This document shows positions 12,001 to 26,800 of a stretch of 64,000 bases of DNA, in pieces. Source of the stretch: Eledone cirrhosa. Lineage: Eukaryota. Each line of letters begins with the position of its first letter. Within the stretch, counting starts at the first letter, position 1. Under the pieces are notes generated by a model. That model was not told where the DNA came from. It saw only the letters and a program-made list of their open reading frames with translations, and did no database searches. The DNA is taken from contig OZ024740.1 of assembly GCA_964016885.1 (NCBI GenBank), positions 430,094,001 through 430,158,000 on the forward strand, in the 5' to 3' direction. The translations under genes and the position numbers were made by a program.

Positions 12001-15000
12001 GGAGGTGAGACAGGAGTTTCTGACAGTAATGTCTACCACCAAAGTTACCTTGGTGTAGGTGGTGCCAGATACACAATAACATGTGGAGGAGGTGAGACAG
12101 GAGTTTCTCACAGTAATATCTACCACCAAAGTTACCTTGGTGTAGGTGGTGCCAGATGTACAACAACATGTGGAGGAGGTGAGACAGGAGTTACTGACAG
12201 TAATGTCTACCACCAAAGTTACCTTGGTGTAGGTGGTGCCAGATGTAGAATAACATGTGGAGGAGGTGAGACAGGATTTTCTGACAGTAATGTCTACCAC
12301 CAAAGTTACCTTGGTGTAGGTGGTGCCAGATACACAATAACATGTGGAGGAGGTGAGACAGGAGTTTCTGACAGTAATGTCTGCCACCAAAGTTACCTTG
12401 GTGTAGGTGGTGCCAGATGTACAATAACATATGGAGGAGGTGAGACAGGAGTTTCTGACAGTAATGTCTACCACCAAAGTTACCTTGGTGTAGGTGGTGC
12501 CAGATACACAATAACATATGGAGAAGGTGAGACAGGAGTCTCTGACAGTAATGTCTACCACCAAAGTTACCTTGGTGTAGGTGGTGCCAGATACACAATA
12601 ACATGTGGAGGAGGTGAGACAGGAGTCTCTGACAGTAATGTCTACCACCAAAGTTACCTTGGTGTAGGTGGTGCCAGATACACAATAACATGTGGAGAAG
12701 GTGAGACAGGAGTCTCTGACAGTAATGTCTTCCAAAGTTACCTTGGTGTAGGTGGTGCCAGATACACAATAACATGTGGAGGAGGTGAGACAGGAGTTTC
12801 TGACAGTAATGTCTACCACCAAAGTTACCTTGGTGTAGGTGGTGCCAGATACACAATAACATGTGGAGGAGGTGAGACAGGAGTTTCTGACAGTAATGTC
12901 TACCACCAAAGTTACCTTGGTGTAGGTGGTGCCAGATACACAATAACATGTGGAGGAGGTGAGACAGGAGTTTCTGACAGTAATGTCTACCACCAAAGTT
13001 ACCTTGGTGTAGGTGGTGCCAGATACACAATAACATGTGGAGGAGGTGGGGCAGGAGTTTCTGACAGTAATGTCTACCACCAAAGTTACCTTGGTGTAGG
13101 TGGTGCCAGATACATAATAACATGTGGAGGAGGTGAGACAGGAGTTTCTGACAGTAATGTCTACCACCAAAGTTACCTTGGTGTAGGTGGTGCCAGATAC
13201 ACAATAACATGTGGAGGAGGTGGGGCAGGAGTTTCTGACAGTAATGTCTACCACCAAAGTTACCTTGGTGTAGGTGGTGCCAGATACACAATAACATATG
13301 GAGGAGGTGAGACAGGAGTTTCTGACAGTAATATCTACCACCAAAGTTACCTTGGTGTAGGTGGTGCCAGATACATAATAACATATGGAGGAGGTGAGAC
13401 AGGAGTTTCTGACAGTAATGTCTACCACCAAAGTTACCTTGGTGTAGGTGGTGCCAGATACATAATAACATGTGGAGGAGGTGAGACAGGAGTTTCTGAC
13501 AGTAATGTCTACCACCAAAGTTACCTTGGTGTAGTTGGTGCCAGATGTACAACAACATGTGGAGAAGGTGAGACAGGAGTTTCTGACAGTAATGTCTACC
13601 ACCAAAGTTACCTTGGTGTAGGTGGTGCCAGATACACAATAACATGTGGAGGAGGTGAGACAGGAGTTTCTGACAGTAATGTCTACCACCAAAGTTACCT
13701 TGGTGTAGGTGGTGCCAGATGTACAACAACATGTGGAGGAGGTGAGACAGGAGTTTCTGACAGTAATGTCTACCACCAAAGTTACCTTGGTGTAGGTGGT
13801 GCCAGATACACAATAACATGTGGAGGAGGTGAGACAGGAGTTTCTGACTGTAATGTCTACCACCAAAGTTTCCTTGGTGTAGGTGGTGCCAGATACACAA
13901 TAACATGTGGAGGAGGTGAGACAGGAGTTTCTGACAGTAATGTCTACCACCAAAGTTACCTTGGTGTAGGTGGTGCCAGATGTACAATAACATGTGGAGG
14001 AGGTGAGACAGGAGTTTCTGACAGTAATGTCTACCACCAAAGTTACCTTGGTTTAGGTGGTGCCAGATACTCAATAACATGTGGAGGAAGTGAGACAGGA
14101 GTTTCTGACTGTAATGTCTACCACCAAAGTTACCTTGGTGTAGGTGGTGCCAGATACACAATAACATGTGGAGGAGGTGAGACAGGAGTCTCTGACAGTA
14201 ATGTCTACCACCAAAGTTACCTTGGTGTAGGTGGTGCCAGATACACAATAACATGTGGAGGAGGTGAGACAGGAGTTTCTGACAGTAATGTCTACCACCA
14301 AAGTTACCTTGGTGTAGGTGGTGCCAGATACATAATAACATGTGGAGGAGGTGAGACAGGAGTGTCTGACAGTAATGTCTAACACCAAAGTTACCTTGGT
14401 GTAGGTGGTGCCAGATACATAATAACATATGGAGGAGGTGAGACAGGAGTTTCTGACAGTAATGTCTACCACCAAAGTTACCTTGGTGTAGGTGGTGCCA
14501 GATGTACAATAACATATGGAGGAGGTGAGACAGGAGTCTCTGACAGTAATGTCTACCACCTCAGTTACCTTGGTGTAGGTGGTGCCAGATACATAATAAC
14601 ATGTGGAGGAGGTGAGACAGGAGTTTCTGACAGTAATGTCTACCACCAAAGTTACCTTGGTGTAGGTGGTGCCAGATACATAATAACATGTGGAGGAGGT
14701 GAGACAGGAGTGTCTGACAGTAATGTCTAACACCAAAGTTACCTTGGTGTAGGTGGTGCCAGATACATAATAACATGTGGAGGAGGTGAGACAGGAGTTT
14801 TTGACTGTAATGTCTACCACCAAAGTTACCTTGGTGTAGGTGGTGCCAGATACATAATAACATGTGGAGGAGGTGAGACAGGGGTTTCTGACTGTAATGT
14901 CTACCACCAAAGTTACCTTGGTGTAGGTGGTGCCAGATACACAATAACATGTGGAGGAGGTGAGACAGGAGTTTCTGACTGTAATGTCTACCACCAAAGT

Positions 15001-15375
15001 TACCTTGGTGTAGGTGGTGCCAGATACATAATAACATGTTGAGGAGTTGAGACAGGAGTTTCTGACTGTAATGTCTACCACCAAAGTTACCTTGGTGTAG
15101 GTGGTGCCAGATACACAATAACATGTGGAGGAGGTGAGACAGGGGTTTCTGACAGTAATGTCTACCACCAAAGTTACCTTGGTGTAGGTGGTGCCAGATG
15201 TACAATAACATGTGGAGGAGGTGAGACAGGAGTTTCTGACAGTAATGTCTACCACCAAAGTTACCTTGGTGTAGGTGGTGCCAGATGTACAACAACATGT
15301 GGAGGAGGTGAGACAGGAGTTTCTGACAGTAATGTCTACCACCAAACTTACCTTGGTGTAGATGGTGCCAGATGT

Positions 15376-15464
15376 CACCTCCTCCACATGTTATTGTGTA
15401 TCTGGCACCACCTACACCAAGGTAACTTTGGTGGTAGACATTACTGTCAGAAACTCCTGTCTCA
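15376..15464 (-). repeat. Single inverted (reverse-complement) satellite monomer embedded in the forward array
   Basis: CACCTCCTCCACATGTTATTGTGTATCTGGCACCACCTACACCAAGGTAACTTTGGTGGTAGACATTACTGTCAGAAACTCCTGTCTCA is the exact reverse complement of the consensus. The ORF track shows chimeric peptides here (14071..15387 starts MEEVT; 15412..16134 ends RQEFLTVMSTTKVTLV). Confidence 0.97.
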
Positions 15465-15669
15465 ACAGGAGTTTCTGACAGTAATGTCTACCACCAAAGT
15501 TACCTTGGTGTAGGTGGTGCCAGATACACAATAACATGTGGAGGAGGTGAGACAGGAGTTTCTGACAGTAATGTCTACCACCAAAGGTACCTTGGTGTAG
15601 GTGGTGCCAGATACACAATAACATGTGGAGGAGGTGAGACAGGAGTTTCTGACAGTAATGTCTACCACC

Positions 15670-18620
15670 AAAGTTACCTTGGTGTAGGTGGTGCCAGATG
15701 TACAATAACATATGGAGGAGGTGAGACAGGAGTTTCTGACAGTAATGTCTACCACCAAACTTACCTTGGTGTAGATGGTGCCAGATGTACAATAACATAT
15801 GGAGGAGGTGAGACAGGAGTTTCTGACAGTAATGTCTACCACCAAAGTTACCTTGGTGTAGGTGGTGCCATATACACAATAACATATGGAGGAGGTGAGA
15901 CAGGAGTCTCTGACAGTAATGTCTTCCAAAGTTACCTTGGTGTAGGTGGTGCCAGATACACAATAACATGTGGAGGATGTGAGACAGGAGTTTCTGACAG
16001 TAATGTCTACCACCAAAGTTACCTTGGTGTAGGTGGTGCCAGATACACAATAACATGTGGAGGAGGTGAGACAGGAGTTTCTGACAGTAATGTCTACCAC
16101 CAAAGTTACTTGGTGTAGGTGGTGCCAGATACACAATAACATGTGGAGGAGGTGGGGCAGAAGTTGCTGACAGTAATGTCTACCACCAAAGTTACCTTGG
16201 TGTAGGTGGTGCCAGATACATAATAACATGTGGAGGAGGTGAGACAGGAGTTTCTGACAGTAATGTCTACCACCAAAGTCACCTTGGTGTAGGTGGTGCC
16301 AGATGTACAACAACATGTGGAGGAGGTGAGACAGGAGTTTCTGACAGTAATGTCTACCACCAAAGTTACCTTGGTGTAGGTGGTGCCAGATACACAATAA
16401 CATGTGGAGGAGGTGAGATAGGAGTTTCTGACAGTAATATCTACCACCAAAGTTACCTTGGTGTAGGTGGTGCCAGATGTACAACAACATGTGGAGGAGG
16501 TGAGACAGGAGTTTCTGACAGTAATGTCTACCACCAAAGTTACCTTGGTGCAGGTGGTGCCAGATATACAATAACATGTGGAGGAGGTGAGACAGGAGTT
16601 TCTGACTGTAATGTCTACCACCAAAGTTACCTTGGTGTAGGTGGTGCCAGATACACAATAACATGTGGAGGAGGTGAGACAGGAGTTTCTCACAGTAATG
16701 TCTACCACCAGAGTTACCTTGGTGTAGGTGGTGCCAGATACATAATAACATATGGAGGAGGTGAGACAGGAGTTTCTGACAGTATTGTCTACCTCCAAAG
16801 TTACCTTGATGTAGGTGGTGCCAGATACATAATAACATGTGGAGGAGGTGAGACAGGAGTTTCTGACAGTAATGTCTACCACCAAAGTTACCTTGATGTA
16901 GGTGGTGCCAGATGTACAATAACATATGGAGGAGGTGAGACAGGAGTCTCTGACAGTAATGTCTACCACCTCAGTTACCTTGGTGTAGGTGGTGCCAGAT
17001 ACATAATAACATGTGGAGGAGGTGAGACAGGAGTTTCTGACAGTAATGTCTACCACCAAAGTTACCTTGGTGTAGGTGGTGCCAGATACATAATAACATG
17101 TGGAGGAGGTGAGACAGGAGTGTCTGACAGTAATGTCTAACACCAAAGTTACCTTGGTGTAGGTGGTGCCAGATGTACAATAACATATGGAGGAGGTGAG
17201 ACAGGAGTTTCTGACAGTAATGTCTACCACCAAACTTACCTTGGTGTAGATGGTGCCAGATGTACAATAACATATGGAGGAGGTGAGACAGGAGTTTCTG
17301 ACAGTAATGTCTACCACCAAAGTTACCTTGGTGTAGGTGGTGCCATATACACAATAACATATGGAGGAGGTGAGACAGGAGTCTCTGACAGTAATGTCTT
17401 CCAAAGTTACCTTGGTGTAGGTGGTGCCAGATACACAATAACATGTGGAGGATGTGAGACAGGAGTTTCTGACAGTAATGTCTACCACCAAAGTTACCTT
17501 GGTGTAGGTGGTGCCAGATACACAATAACATGTGGAGGAGGTGAGACAGGAGTTTCTGACAGTAATGTCTACCACCAAAGTTACCTTGGTGTAGGTGGTG
17601 CCAGATACACAATAACATGTGGAGGAGGTGGGGCAGAAGTTGCTGACAGTAATGTCTACCACCAAAGTTACCTTGGTGTAGGTGGTGCCAGATACATAAT
17701 AACATGTGGAGGAGGTGAGACAGGAGTTTCTGACAGTAATGTCTACCACCAAAGTCACCTTGGTGTAGGTGGTGCCAGATGTACAACAACATGTGGAGGA
17801 GGTGAGACAGGAGTTTCTGACAGTAATGTCTACCACCAAAGTTACCTTGGTGTAGGTGGTGCCAGATACACAATAACATGTGGAGGAGGTGAGATAGGAG
17901 TTTCTGACAGTAATATCTACCACCAAAGTTACCTTGGTGTAGGTGGTGCCAGATGTACAACAACATGTGGAGGAGGTGAGACAGGAGTTTCTGACAGTAA
18001 TGTCTACCACCAAAGTTACCTTGGTGCAGGTGGTGCCAGATATACAATAACATGTGGAGGAGGTGAGACAGGAGTTTCTGACTGTAATGTCTACCACCAA
18101 AGTTACCTTGGTGTAGGTGGTGCCAGATACACAATAACATGTGGAGGAGGTGAGACAGGAGTTTCTCACAGTAATGTCTACCACCAAAGTTACCTTGGTG
18201 TAGGTGGTGCCAGATACATAATAACATATGGAGGAGGTGAGACAGGAGTTTCTGACAGTATTGTCTACCTCCAAAGTTACCTTGATGTAGGTGGTGCCAG
18301 ATACATAATAACATGTGGAGGAGGTGAGACAGGAGTTTCTGACAGTAATGTCTACCACCAAAGTTACCTTGATGTAGGTGGTGCCAGATGTACAATAACA
18401 TATGGAGGAGGTGAGACAGGAGTCTCTGACAGTAATGTCTACCACCTCAGTTACCTTGGTGTAGGTGGTGCCAGATACATAATAACATGTGGAGGAGGTG
18501 AGACAGGAGTTTCTGACAGTAATGTCTACCACCAAAGTTACCTTGGTGTAGGTGGTGCCAGATACATAATAACATGTGGAGGAGGTGAGACAGGAGTGTC
18601 TGACAGTAATGTCTAACACC
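15670..18620. repeat. Tandem higher-order duplication, about 17 monomers (offset 1475-1476 bp); boundaries approximate
   Basis: The same ordered rare variants (GCCATATAC, GTCTTCCAAAG, GGATGTG, GGGGCAGAAGTTGCTG, GGTGCAGG, CACCTCAG) occur twice. ORF stops at 16971 and 18447 differ by 1476 = 17x87-3. Confidence 0.85.
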
Positions 18621-21600
18621 AAAGTTACCTTGGTGTAGGTGGTGCCAGATACATAATAACACGTGGAGGAGGTGAGACAGTAGTTTTTGACTGTAATGTC
18701 TACCACCAAAGTTACCTTGGTGTAGGTGGTGCCAGATACATAATAACATGTGGAGGAGGTGAGACAGGAGTTTCTGACAGTAATGTCTACCACCAAAGTT
18801 ACCTTGGTGTAGGTGGTGCCAGATGTACAACAACATGTGGAGGAGGTGAGACAGTAGTTTCTGACAGTAATGTCTACCACCAAAGTTACCTTGGTGTAGG
18901 TGGTGCCAGATACACAATAACATGTGGAGGAGGTGAGACAGGAGTTTCTGACAGTAATGTCTACCACCAAAGTTACCTTGGTGTAGGTGGTGCCAGATAC
19001 ACAATAACATGTGGAAGAGGTGAGACAGGAGTTTCTGACAGTAATGTCTACCACCAAAGTTACCTTGGTGTAGGTGGTGCCAGATACATAATAACATGTG
19101 GAGGAGGTGAGACAGGAGTTTCTGACAGTAATGTCTACCACCAAAGTCACCTTGGTGTAGGTGGTGCCAGATGTACAACAACATGTGGAGGAGGTGGGAC
19201 AGGAGTTTCTGACAGTAATGTCTACCACCAAAGTTACCTTGGTGCAGGTGGTGCCAGATATACAATAACATGTGGAGGAGGTGAGACAGGAGTTTCTGAC
19301 TGTAATGTCTACCACCAAAGTTACCTTGGTGTAGGTGGTGCCAGATACACAATAACATGTGGAGGAGGTGAGACAGGAGTTTCTCACAGTAATGTCTACC
19401 ACCAAAGTTACCTTGGTGTAGGTGGTGCCAGATACACAATAACATGTGGAGGAGGTGAGACAGGAGTTTCTCACAGTAATGTCTACCACTAAAGTTACCT
19501 TGGTGTAGGTGGTGCCAGATACACAATAACATGTGGAGGAGGTGAGACAGGAGTATCTGACAGTAATGTCTACCACCAAAGTTACCTTGGTGTAGGTGGT
19601 GCCAGATACACAATAACATGTGGAGGAGGTGAGACAGGAGTTTCTGACAGTAATGTCTACCACCAAAGTTACCTTGGTGTAGGTGGTGCCAGATACACAA
19701 TAACATGTGGAGGAGGTGAAACAGGAGTATCTGACAGTAATGTCTACCACCAAAGTTACCTTGGTGTAGGTGGTGCCAGATACATAATAACATATGGAGG
19801 AGGTGAGACAGGAGTTTCTGACAGTAATGTCTACCACCAAAGTTACCTTGGTGTAGGTGGTGCCAGATACATAATAACATGTGGAGGAGGTGAGACAGGA
19901 GTTTCTGACAGTAATGTCTACCACCAAACTTACCTTGGTGTAGGTGGTGCCAGATGTAGAATAACATGTGGAAGAGGTGAGACAGGAGTTTCTGACAGTA
20001 ATGTCTACCACCAAAGTTACCTTGGTGTAGGTGGTGCCAGATACATAATAACATGTGGAGGAGGTGAGACAGGAGTTTCTGACAGTAATGTCTACCACCA
20101 AAGTTACCTTGGTGTAGATGGTGCCAGATACATAATAACATGTGGAGGAGGTGAGACAGGAGTTTCTGACAGTAATGTCTACCACCAAAGTTACCTTGGT
20201 GTAGGTGGTGCCAGATGTACAATAACATATGGAGGAGGTGAGACAGGAGTTTCTGACAGTATAGTCTACCTCCAAAGTTACCTTGATGTAGGTGGTGCCA
20301 GATGTACAATAACATATGGAGGAGGTGAGACAGGAGTCTCTGACAGTAATGTCTACCACCTCAGTTACCTTGGTGTAGGTGGTGCCAGATACATAATAAC
20401 ATGTGGAGGAGGTGAGACAGGAGTTTCTGACAGTAATGTCTACCACCAAAGTTACCTTGGTGTAGGTGGTGCCAGATACATAATAACATGTGGAGGAGGT
20501 GAGACAGGAGTGTCTGGCAGTAATGTCTAACACCAAAGTTACCTTGGTGTAGGTGGTGCCAGATACATAATAACACGTGGAGGAGGTGAGACAGTAGTTT
20601 TTGACTGTAATGTCTACCACCAAAGTTACCTTGGTGTAGGTGGTGCCAGATACATAATAACATGTGGAGGAGGTGAGACAGGAGTTTCTGACAGTAATGT
20701 CTACCACCAAAGTTACCTTGGTGTAGGTGGTGCCAGATGTACAACAACATGTAGAGGAGGTGAGACAGTAGTTTCTGACAGTAATGTCTACCACCAAAGT
20801 TACCTTGGTGTAGGTGGTGCCAGATACACAATAACATGTGGAGGAGGTGAGACAGGAGTTTCTGACAGTAATGTCTACCACCAAAGTTACCTTGGTGTAG
20901 GTGGTGCCAGATACACAATAACATGTGGAAGAGGTGAGACAGGAGTTTCTGACACTAATGTCTACCACCAAAGTTACCTTGGTGTAGGTGGTGCCAGATG
21001 TACAATAACATATGGAGGAGGTGAGACAGGAGTTTCTGACAGTGATGTCTACCACCAAAGTTACCTTGGTGTAGGTGGTGCCAGATACATAATAACATAT
21101 GGAGGAGGTGAGACAGGAGTTTCTGACAGTAATGTCTACCACCAAACTTACCTTGGTGTAGATGGTGCCAGATGTACAATAACATATGGAGGAGGTGAGA
21201 CAGGAGTTTCTGACAGTAATGTCTACCACCAAAGTTACCTTGGTGTAGGTGGTGCCAGATGTACAATAACATATGGAGGAGGTGAGACAGGAGTCTCTGA
21301 CAGTAATGTCTTCCAAAGTTACCTTGGTGTAGGTGGTGCCAGATACACAATAACATGTGGAGGAGGTGAGACAGGAGTTTCTGACAGTAATGTCTACCAC
21401 CAAAGTTACCTTGGTGTAGGTGGTGCCAGATACACAATAACATATGGAGGAGGTGAGACAGGAGTCTCTGACAGTAATGTCTACCACCAAAGTTACCTTG
21501 GTGTAGGTGGTGCCAGATACACAATAACATGTGGAGGAGGTGAGACAGGAGTTTCTGACAGTAATGTCTACCACCAAAGTTACCTTGGTGTAGGTGGTGC

Positions 21601-23859
21601 CAGATACACAATAACATGTGGAGGAGGTGAGACAGGAGTTTCTGACAGTAATGTCTACCACCAAAGTTACCTTGGTGTAGGTGGTGCCAGATACATAATA
21701 ACACGTGGAGGAGGTGAGACAGGAGTTTTTGACTGTAATGTCTACCACCAAAGTTACCTTGGTGTAGGTGGTGCCAGATACATAATAACATGTTGAGGAG
21801 GTGAGACAGGAGTTTCTGACTGTAATGTCTACCACCAAAGTTACCTTGGTGTAGGTGGTGCCAGATACACAATGACATGTGGAGGAGGTGAGACAGGGGT
21901 TTCTGACAGTAATGTCTACCACTAAAGTTACCTTGGTGTAGGTGGTGCCAGATGTACAATAACATGTGGAGGAGGTGAGACAGGAGTATCTGACAGTAAT
22001 GTCTACCACCAAAGTTACCTTGGTGTAGGTGGTGCCAGATGTACAACAACATGTGGAGGAGGTGAGACAGGAGTTTCTGACAGTAATGTCTACACCAAAG
22101 TTACCTTGGTGTAGGTGGTGCCAGATACACAATAACATGTGGAGGAGGTGAGACAGGAGTTTCTGACTGTAATGTCTACCACCAAAGTTACCTTGGTGTA
22201 GGTGGTGCCAGATACACAATAACATGTGGAGGAGGTGAGACAGGAGTTTCTGACAGTAATGTCTACCACCAAAGTTACCTTGGTGTAGGTGGTGCCAGAT
22301 ACACAATAACATGTGGAGGAGGTGAGACAGGAGTTTCTGACAGTAATGTCTACCAACAAAGTTACCTTGGTGTAGGTGGTGCCAGATGTACAACAACATG
22401 TGGAGGAGGTGAGACAGGAGTTTCTGACAGTAATGTCTACCACCAAAGTTACCTTGGTGTATGGTGGTGCCAGATACACAATAACATGTGGAGGAGGTGA
22501 GACAGGAGTTTCTGACAGTAATATCTACCACCAAAGTTACCTTGGTATAGGTGGTGCCAGATGTACAACAACATGTGGAGGAGGTGAGACAGGAGTTTCT
22601 GACAGTAATGTCTACCACCAAAGTTACCTTGGTGTAGGTGGTGCCAGATACACAATAACATGTGGAGGAGGTGAGACAGGAGTTTCTGACAGTAATGTCT
22701 ACCACCAAAGTTACCTTGGTGTAGGTGGTGCCAGATGTACAATAACATATGGAGGAGGTGAGACAGGAGTTTCTGACAGTAATGTCTACCACCAAAGTTA
22801 CCTTGGTGTAGGTGGTGCCAGATACACAATAACATATGGAGAAGGTGAGACAGGAGTCTCTGACAGTAATGTCTACCACCAAAGTTACCTTGGTGTAGGT
22901 GGTGCCAGATACACAATAACATGTGGAGGAGGTGAGACAGGAGTTTCTGACTGTAATGTCTACCACCAAAGTTACCTTGGTGTAGGTGGTGCCAGATACA
23001 TAATAACATGTGGAGGAGGTGAGACAGGAGTTTCTGACTGTAATGTCTTCCAAAGTTACCTTGGTGTAGGTGGTGCCAGATACACAATAACATGTGGAAC
23101 AGGTGAGACAGGAGTTTCTGACAGTAATGTCTACCACCAAAGTTACCTTGGTGTAGGTGGTGCCAGATACACAATAACATGTGGAGGAGGTGAGACAGGA
23201 GTTTCTGACAGTAATGTCTACCACCAAAGTTACCTTGGTGTAGGTGGTGCCAGATACACAATAACATGTGGAGGAGGTGGGGCAGGAGTTTCTGACAGTA
23301 ATGTCTACCACCAAAGTTACCTTGGTGTAGGTGGTGCCAGATACATAATAACATATGGAGGAGGTGAGACAGGAGTTTCTGACAGTAATGTCTACCACCA
23401 AAGTTACCTTGGTGTAGGTGGTGCCAGATACATAATAACATATGGAGGAGGTGAGACAGGAGTTTCTGACAGTAATGTCTACCACCAAAGTTACCTTGGT
23501 GTAGGTGGTGCCAGATACACAATAACATATGGAGGAGGTGAGACAGGAGTTTCTGACAGTAATGTCTACCACCAAAGTTACCTTGGTGTAGGTGGTGCCA
23601 GATACACAATAACATGTGGAGGAGGTGAGACAGGAGTTTCTGACAGTAATGTCTACCACCAAAGTTACCTTGGTGTAGGTGGTGCCAGATACACAATAAC
23701 ATATGGAGGAGGTGAGACAGGAGTTTCTGACAGTAATGTCTACCACCAAAGTTACCTTGGTGTAGGTGGTGCCAGATGTACAACAACATGTGGAGGAGGT
23801 GAGACAGGAGTTTCTGACAGTAATGTCTACCACCAAAGTTACCTTGGTGTAGGTGGTGC

Positions 23860-26800
23860 CAGATACACAATGACATGTGTAGGAGGTGAGACAGGAGTTT
23901 CTGACTGTAATGTCTACCACCAAAGTTTCCTTGGTGTAGGTGGTGCCAGATACACAATAACATGTGGAGGAGGTGAGACAGGAGTTTCTGACAGTAATGT
24001 CTACCACCAAAGTTACCTTGGTGTAGGTGGTGCCAGATGTACAATAACATGTGGAGGAGGTGAGACAGGAGTTTCTGACAGTAATGTCTACCACCAAAGT
24101 TACCTTGGTTTAGGTGGTGCCAGATACTCAATAACATGTGGAGGAAGTGAGACAGGAGTTTCTGACTGTAATGTCTACCACCAAAGTTACCTTGGTGTAG
24201 GTGGTGCCAGATACACAATAACATGTGGAGGAGGTGAGACAGGAGTTTCTGACTGTAATGTCTACCACCAAAGTTACCTTGGTGTAGGTGGTGCCAGATA
24301 CACAATAACATGTGGAGGAGGTGAGACAGGAGTTTCTGACTGTAATGTCTACCACCAAAGTTACCTTGGTGTAGGTGGTGCCAGATACATAATAACATGT
24401 GGAGGAGGTGAGAGAGGAGTTTCTGACTGTAATATCTACCACCAAACTTACCTTGGTGTAGGTGGTGCCAGATACATAATAACATGTGGAGGAGGTGAGA
24501 CAGGAGTTTCTGACAGTAATGTCTTCCAAAGTTACCTTGGTGTAGGTGGTGCCAGATACACAATAACATGTGGAGGAGGTGAGACAGGAGTTTCTGACAG
24601 TAATGTCTACCACCAAAGTTACCTTGGTGTAGGTGGTGCCAGAAACATAATAACATATGGAGGAGGTGAGACAGGAGTTTCTGACAGTAATGTCTACCAC
24701 CAAAGTTACCTTGGTGTAGGTGGTGCCAGATACACAATAACATGTGGAGGAGGTGAGACAGGAGTTTCTGACAGTAATGTCTACCACCAAAGTTACATTG
24801 ATGTAGGTGGTGCCAGATACACAATAACATGTGGAGGAGGTGAGACAGGAGTTTCTGACAGTAATGTCTACCACCAAAGTTACCTTGGTGTAGGTGGTGC
24901 CAGATACATAACATGTGGAGGAGGTGAGACGGGAGTTTCTGACAGTAATGTCTACCACCAAAGTTACCTTGGAGTAGGTGGTGCCAGATACATAATAACA
25001 TGTGGAGGAGGTGAGACAGGAGTTTCTGACAGTAATGTCTACCACCAAAGTTACATTGGTGTAGATGGTGCCAGATGTACAATATCATGTGGAGGAGGTG
25101 AGACAGGAGTTTCTGACAGTAATGTCTACCACCAAAGTTACCTTGGTGTAGGTGGTGCCAGATACATAATAACATGTGGAGGAGGTGAGACAGGAGTTTC
25201 TGACAGTAATGTCTACCACCAAAGTTACCTTGGTGTAGGTGGTGCCAGATGTACAATAACATGTGGAGGAGGTGAGACAGGAGTTTCTGACAGTAATGTC
25301 TACCACCAAAGTTACCTTGGTGTAGGTGGTGCCAGATACATAATAACATGTGGAGGAGGTGAGACAGGAGTTTCTGACAGTAATGTCTACCACCAAAGTT
25401 ACCTTGGTGTAGGTGGTGCCTGATGTACAATAACATGTGGAGGAGGTGAGACAGGAGTTTCTGACAGTAATGTCTACCACCAAAGTTACCTTGGTGTAGT
25501 TGGTGCCAGATACATAATAACATGTGGAGGAGGTGAGACTTGAGTTTCTGACAGTAATGTCTACCACCAAAGTTACCTTGGTGTAGGTGGTGCCAGATGT
25601 ACAATAACATGTGGAGAAGGTGAGACAGGAGTTTCTGACAGTAATGTCTACCACCAAAGTTACCTTGGTGTAGGTGGTGCCAGATACACAATAACATGTG
25701 GAGGAGGTGAGACAGGAGTTTCTGACAGTAATGTCTACCACCAAAGTTACCTTGGTGTAGTTGGTGCCAGATACATAATAACATGTGGAGGAGGTGAGAC
25801 TTGAGTTTCTGACAGTAATGTCTACCACCAAAGTTACCTTGGTGTAGGTGGTGCCAGATGTACAATAACATGTGGAGAAGGTGAGACAGGAGTTTCTGAC
25901 AGTAATGTCTACCACCAAAGTTACCTTGGTGTAGGTGGTGCCAGATGTAGAATAACATATGGAGGAGGTGAGACAGGAGTTTCTGACAGTAATGTCTACC
26001 ACCAAAGTTACCTTGATGTAGGTGGTGCCAGATGTACAATAACATGTGGAGGAGGTGAGACAGGATTTTCTGACAGTAATGTCTACCACCAAAGTTACCT
26101 TGGTGTAGGTGGTGCCAGATACACAATAACATGTGGAGGAGGTGAGACAGGAGTTTCTGACAGTAATGTCTACCACCAAAGTTACCTTGGTGTAGGTGGT
26201 GCCAGATACATAATAACATATGGAGGAGGTGAGACAGGAGTTTCTGACAGTAATGTCTACCACCAAAGTTACCTTGGTGTAGGTGGTGCCAGATACACAA
26301 TAACATATGGAGGAGGTGAGACAGGAGTTTCTGACAGTAATGTCTACCACCAAAGTTACCTTGGTGTAGGTGGTGCCAGATACACAATAACATGTGGAGG
26401 AGGTGAGACAGGAGTTTCTGACAGTAATGTCTACCACCAAAGTTACCTTGGTGTAGGTGGTGCCAGATACACAATAACATATGGAGGAGGTGAGACAGGA
26501 GTTTCTGACAGTAATGTCTACCACCAAAGTTACCTTGGTGTAGGTGGTGCCAGATGTACAACAACATGTGGAGGAGGTGAGACAGGAGTTTCTGACAGTA
26601 ATGTCTACCACCAAAGTTACCTTGGTGTAGGTGGTGCCAGATACACAATGACATGTGTAGGAGGTGAGACAGGAGTTTCTGACTGTAATGTCTACCACCA
26701 AAGTTTCCTTGGTGTAGGTGGTGCCAGATACACAATAACATGTGGAGGAGGTGAGACAGGAGTTTCTGACAGTAATGTCTACCACCAAAGTTACCTTGGT

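Noticed and set aside
15376-15464. Transposon/MITE or recombinase-controlled invertible switch at the inversion
   Set aside because: The inverted piece is pure satellite sequence with no distinct terminal inverted repeats, target-site duplication or recombinase gene. It is a net insertion plus deletion, not a reciprocal inversion.
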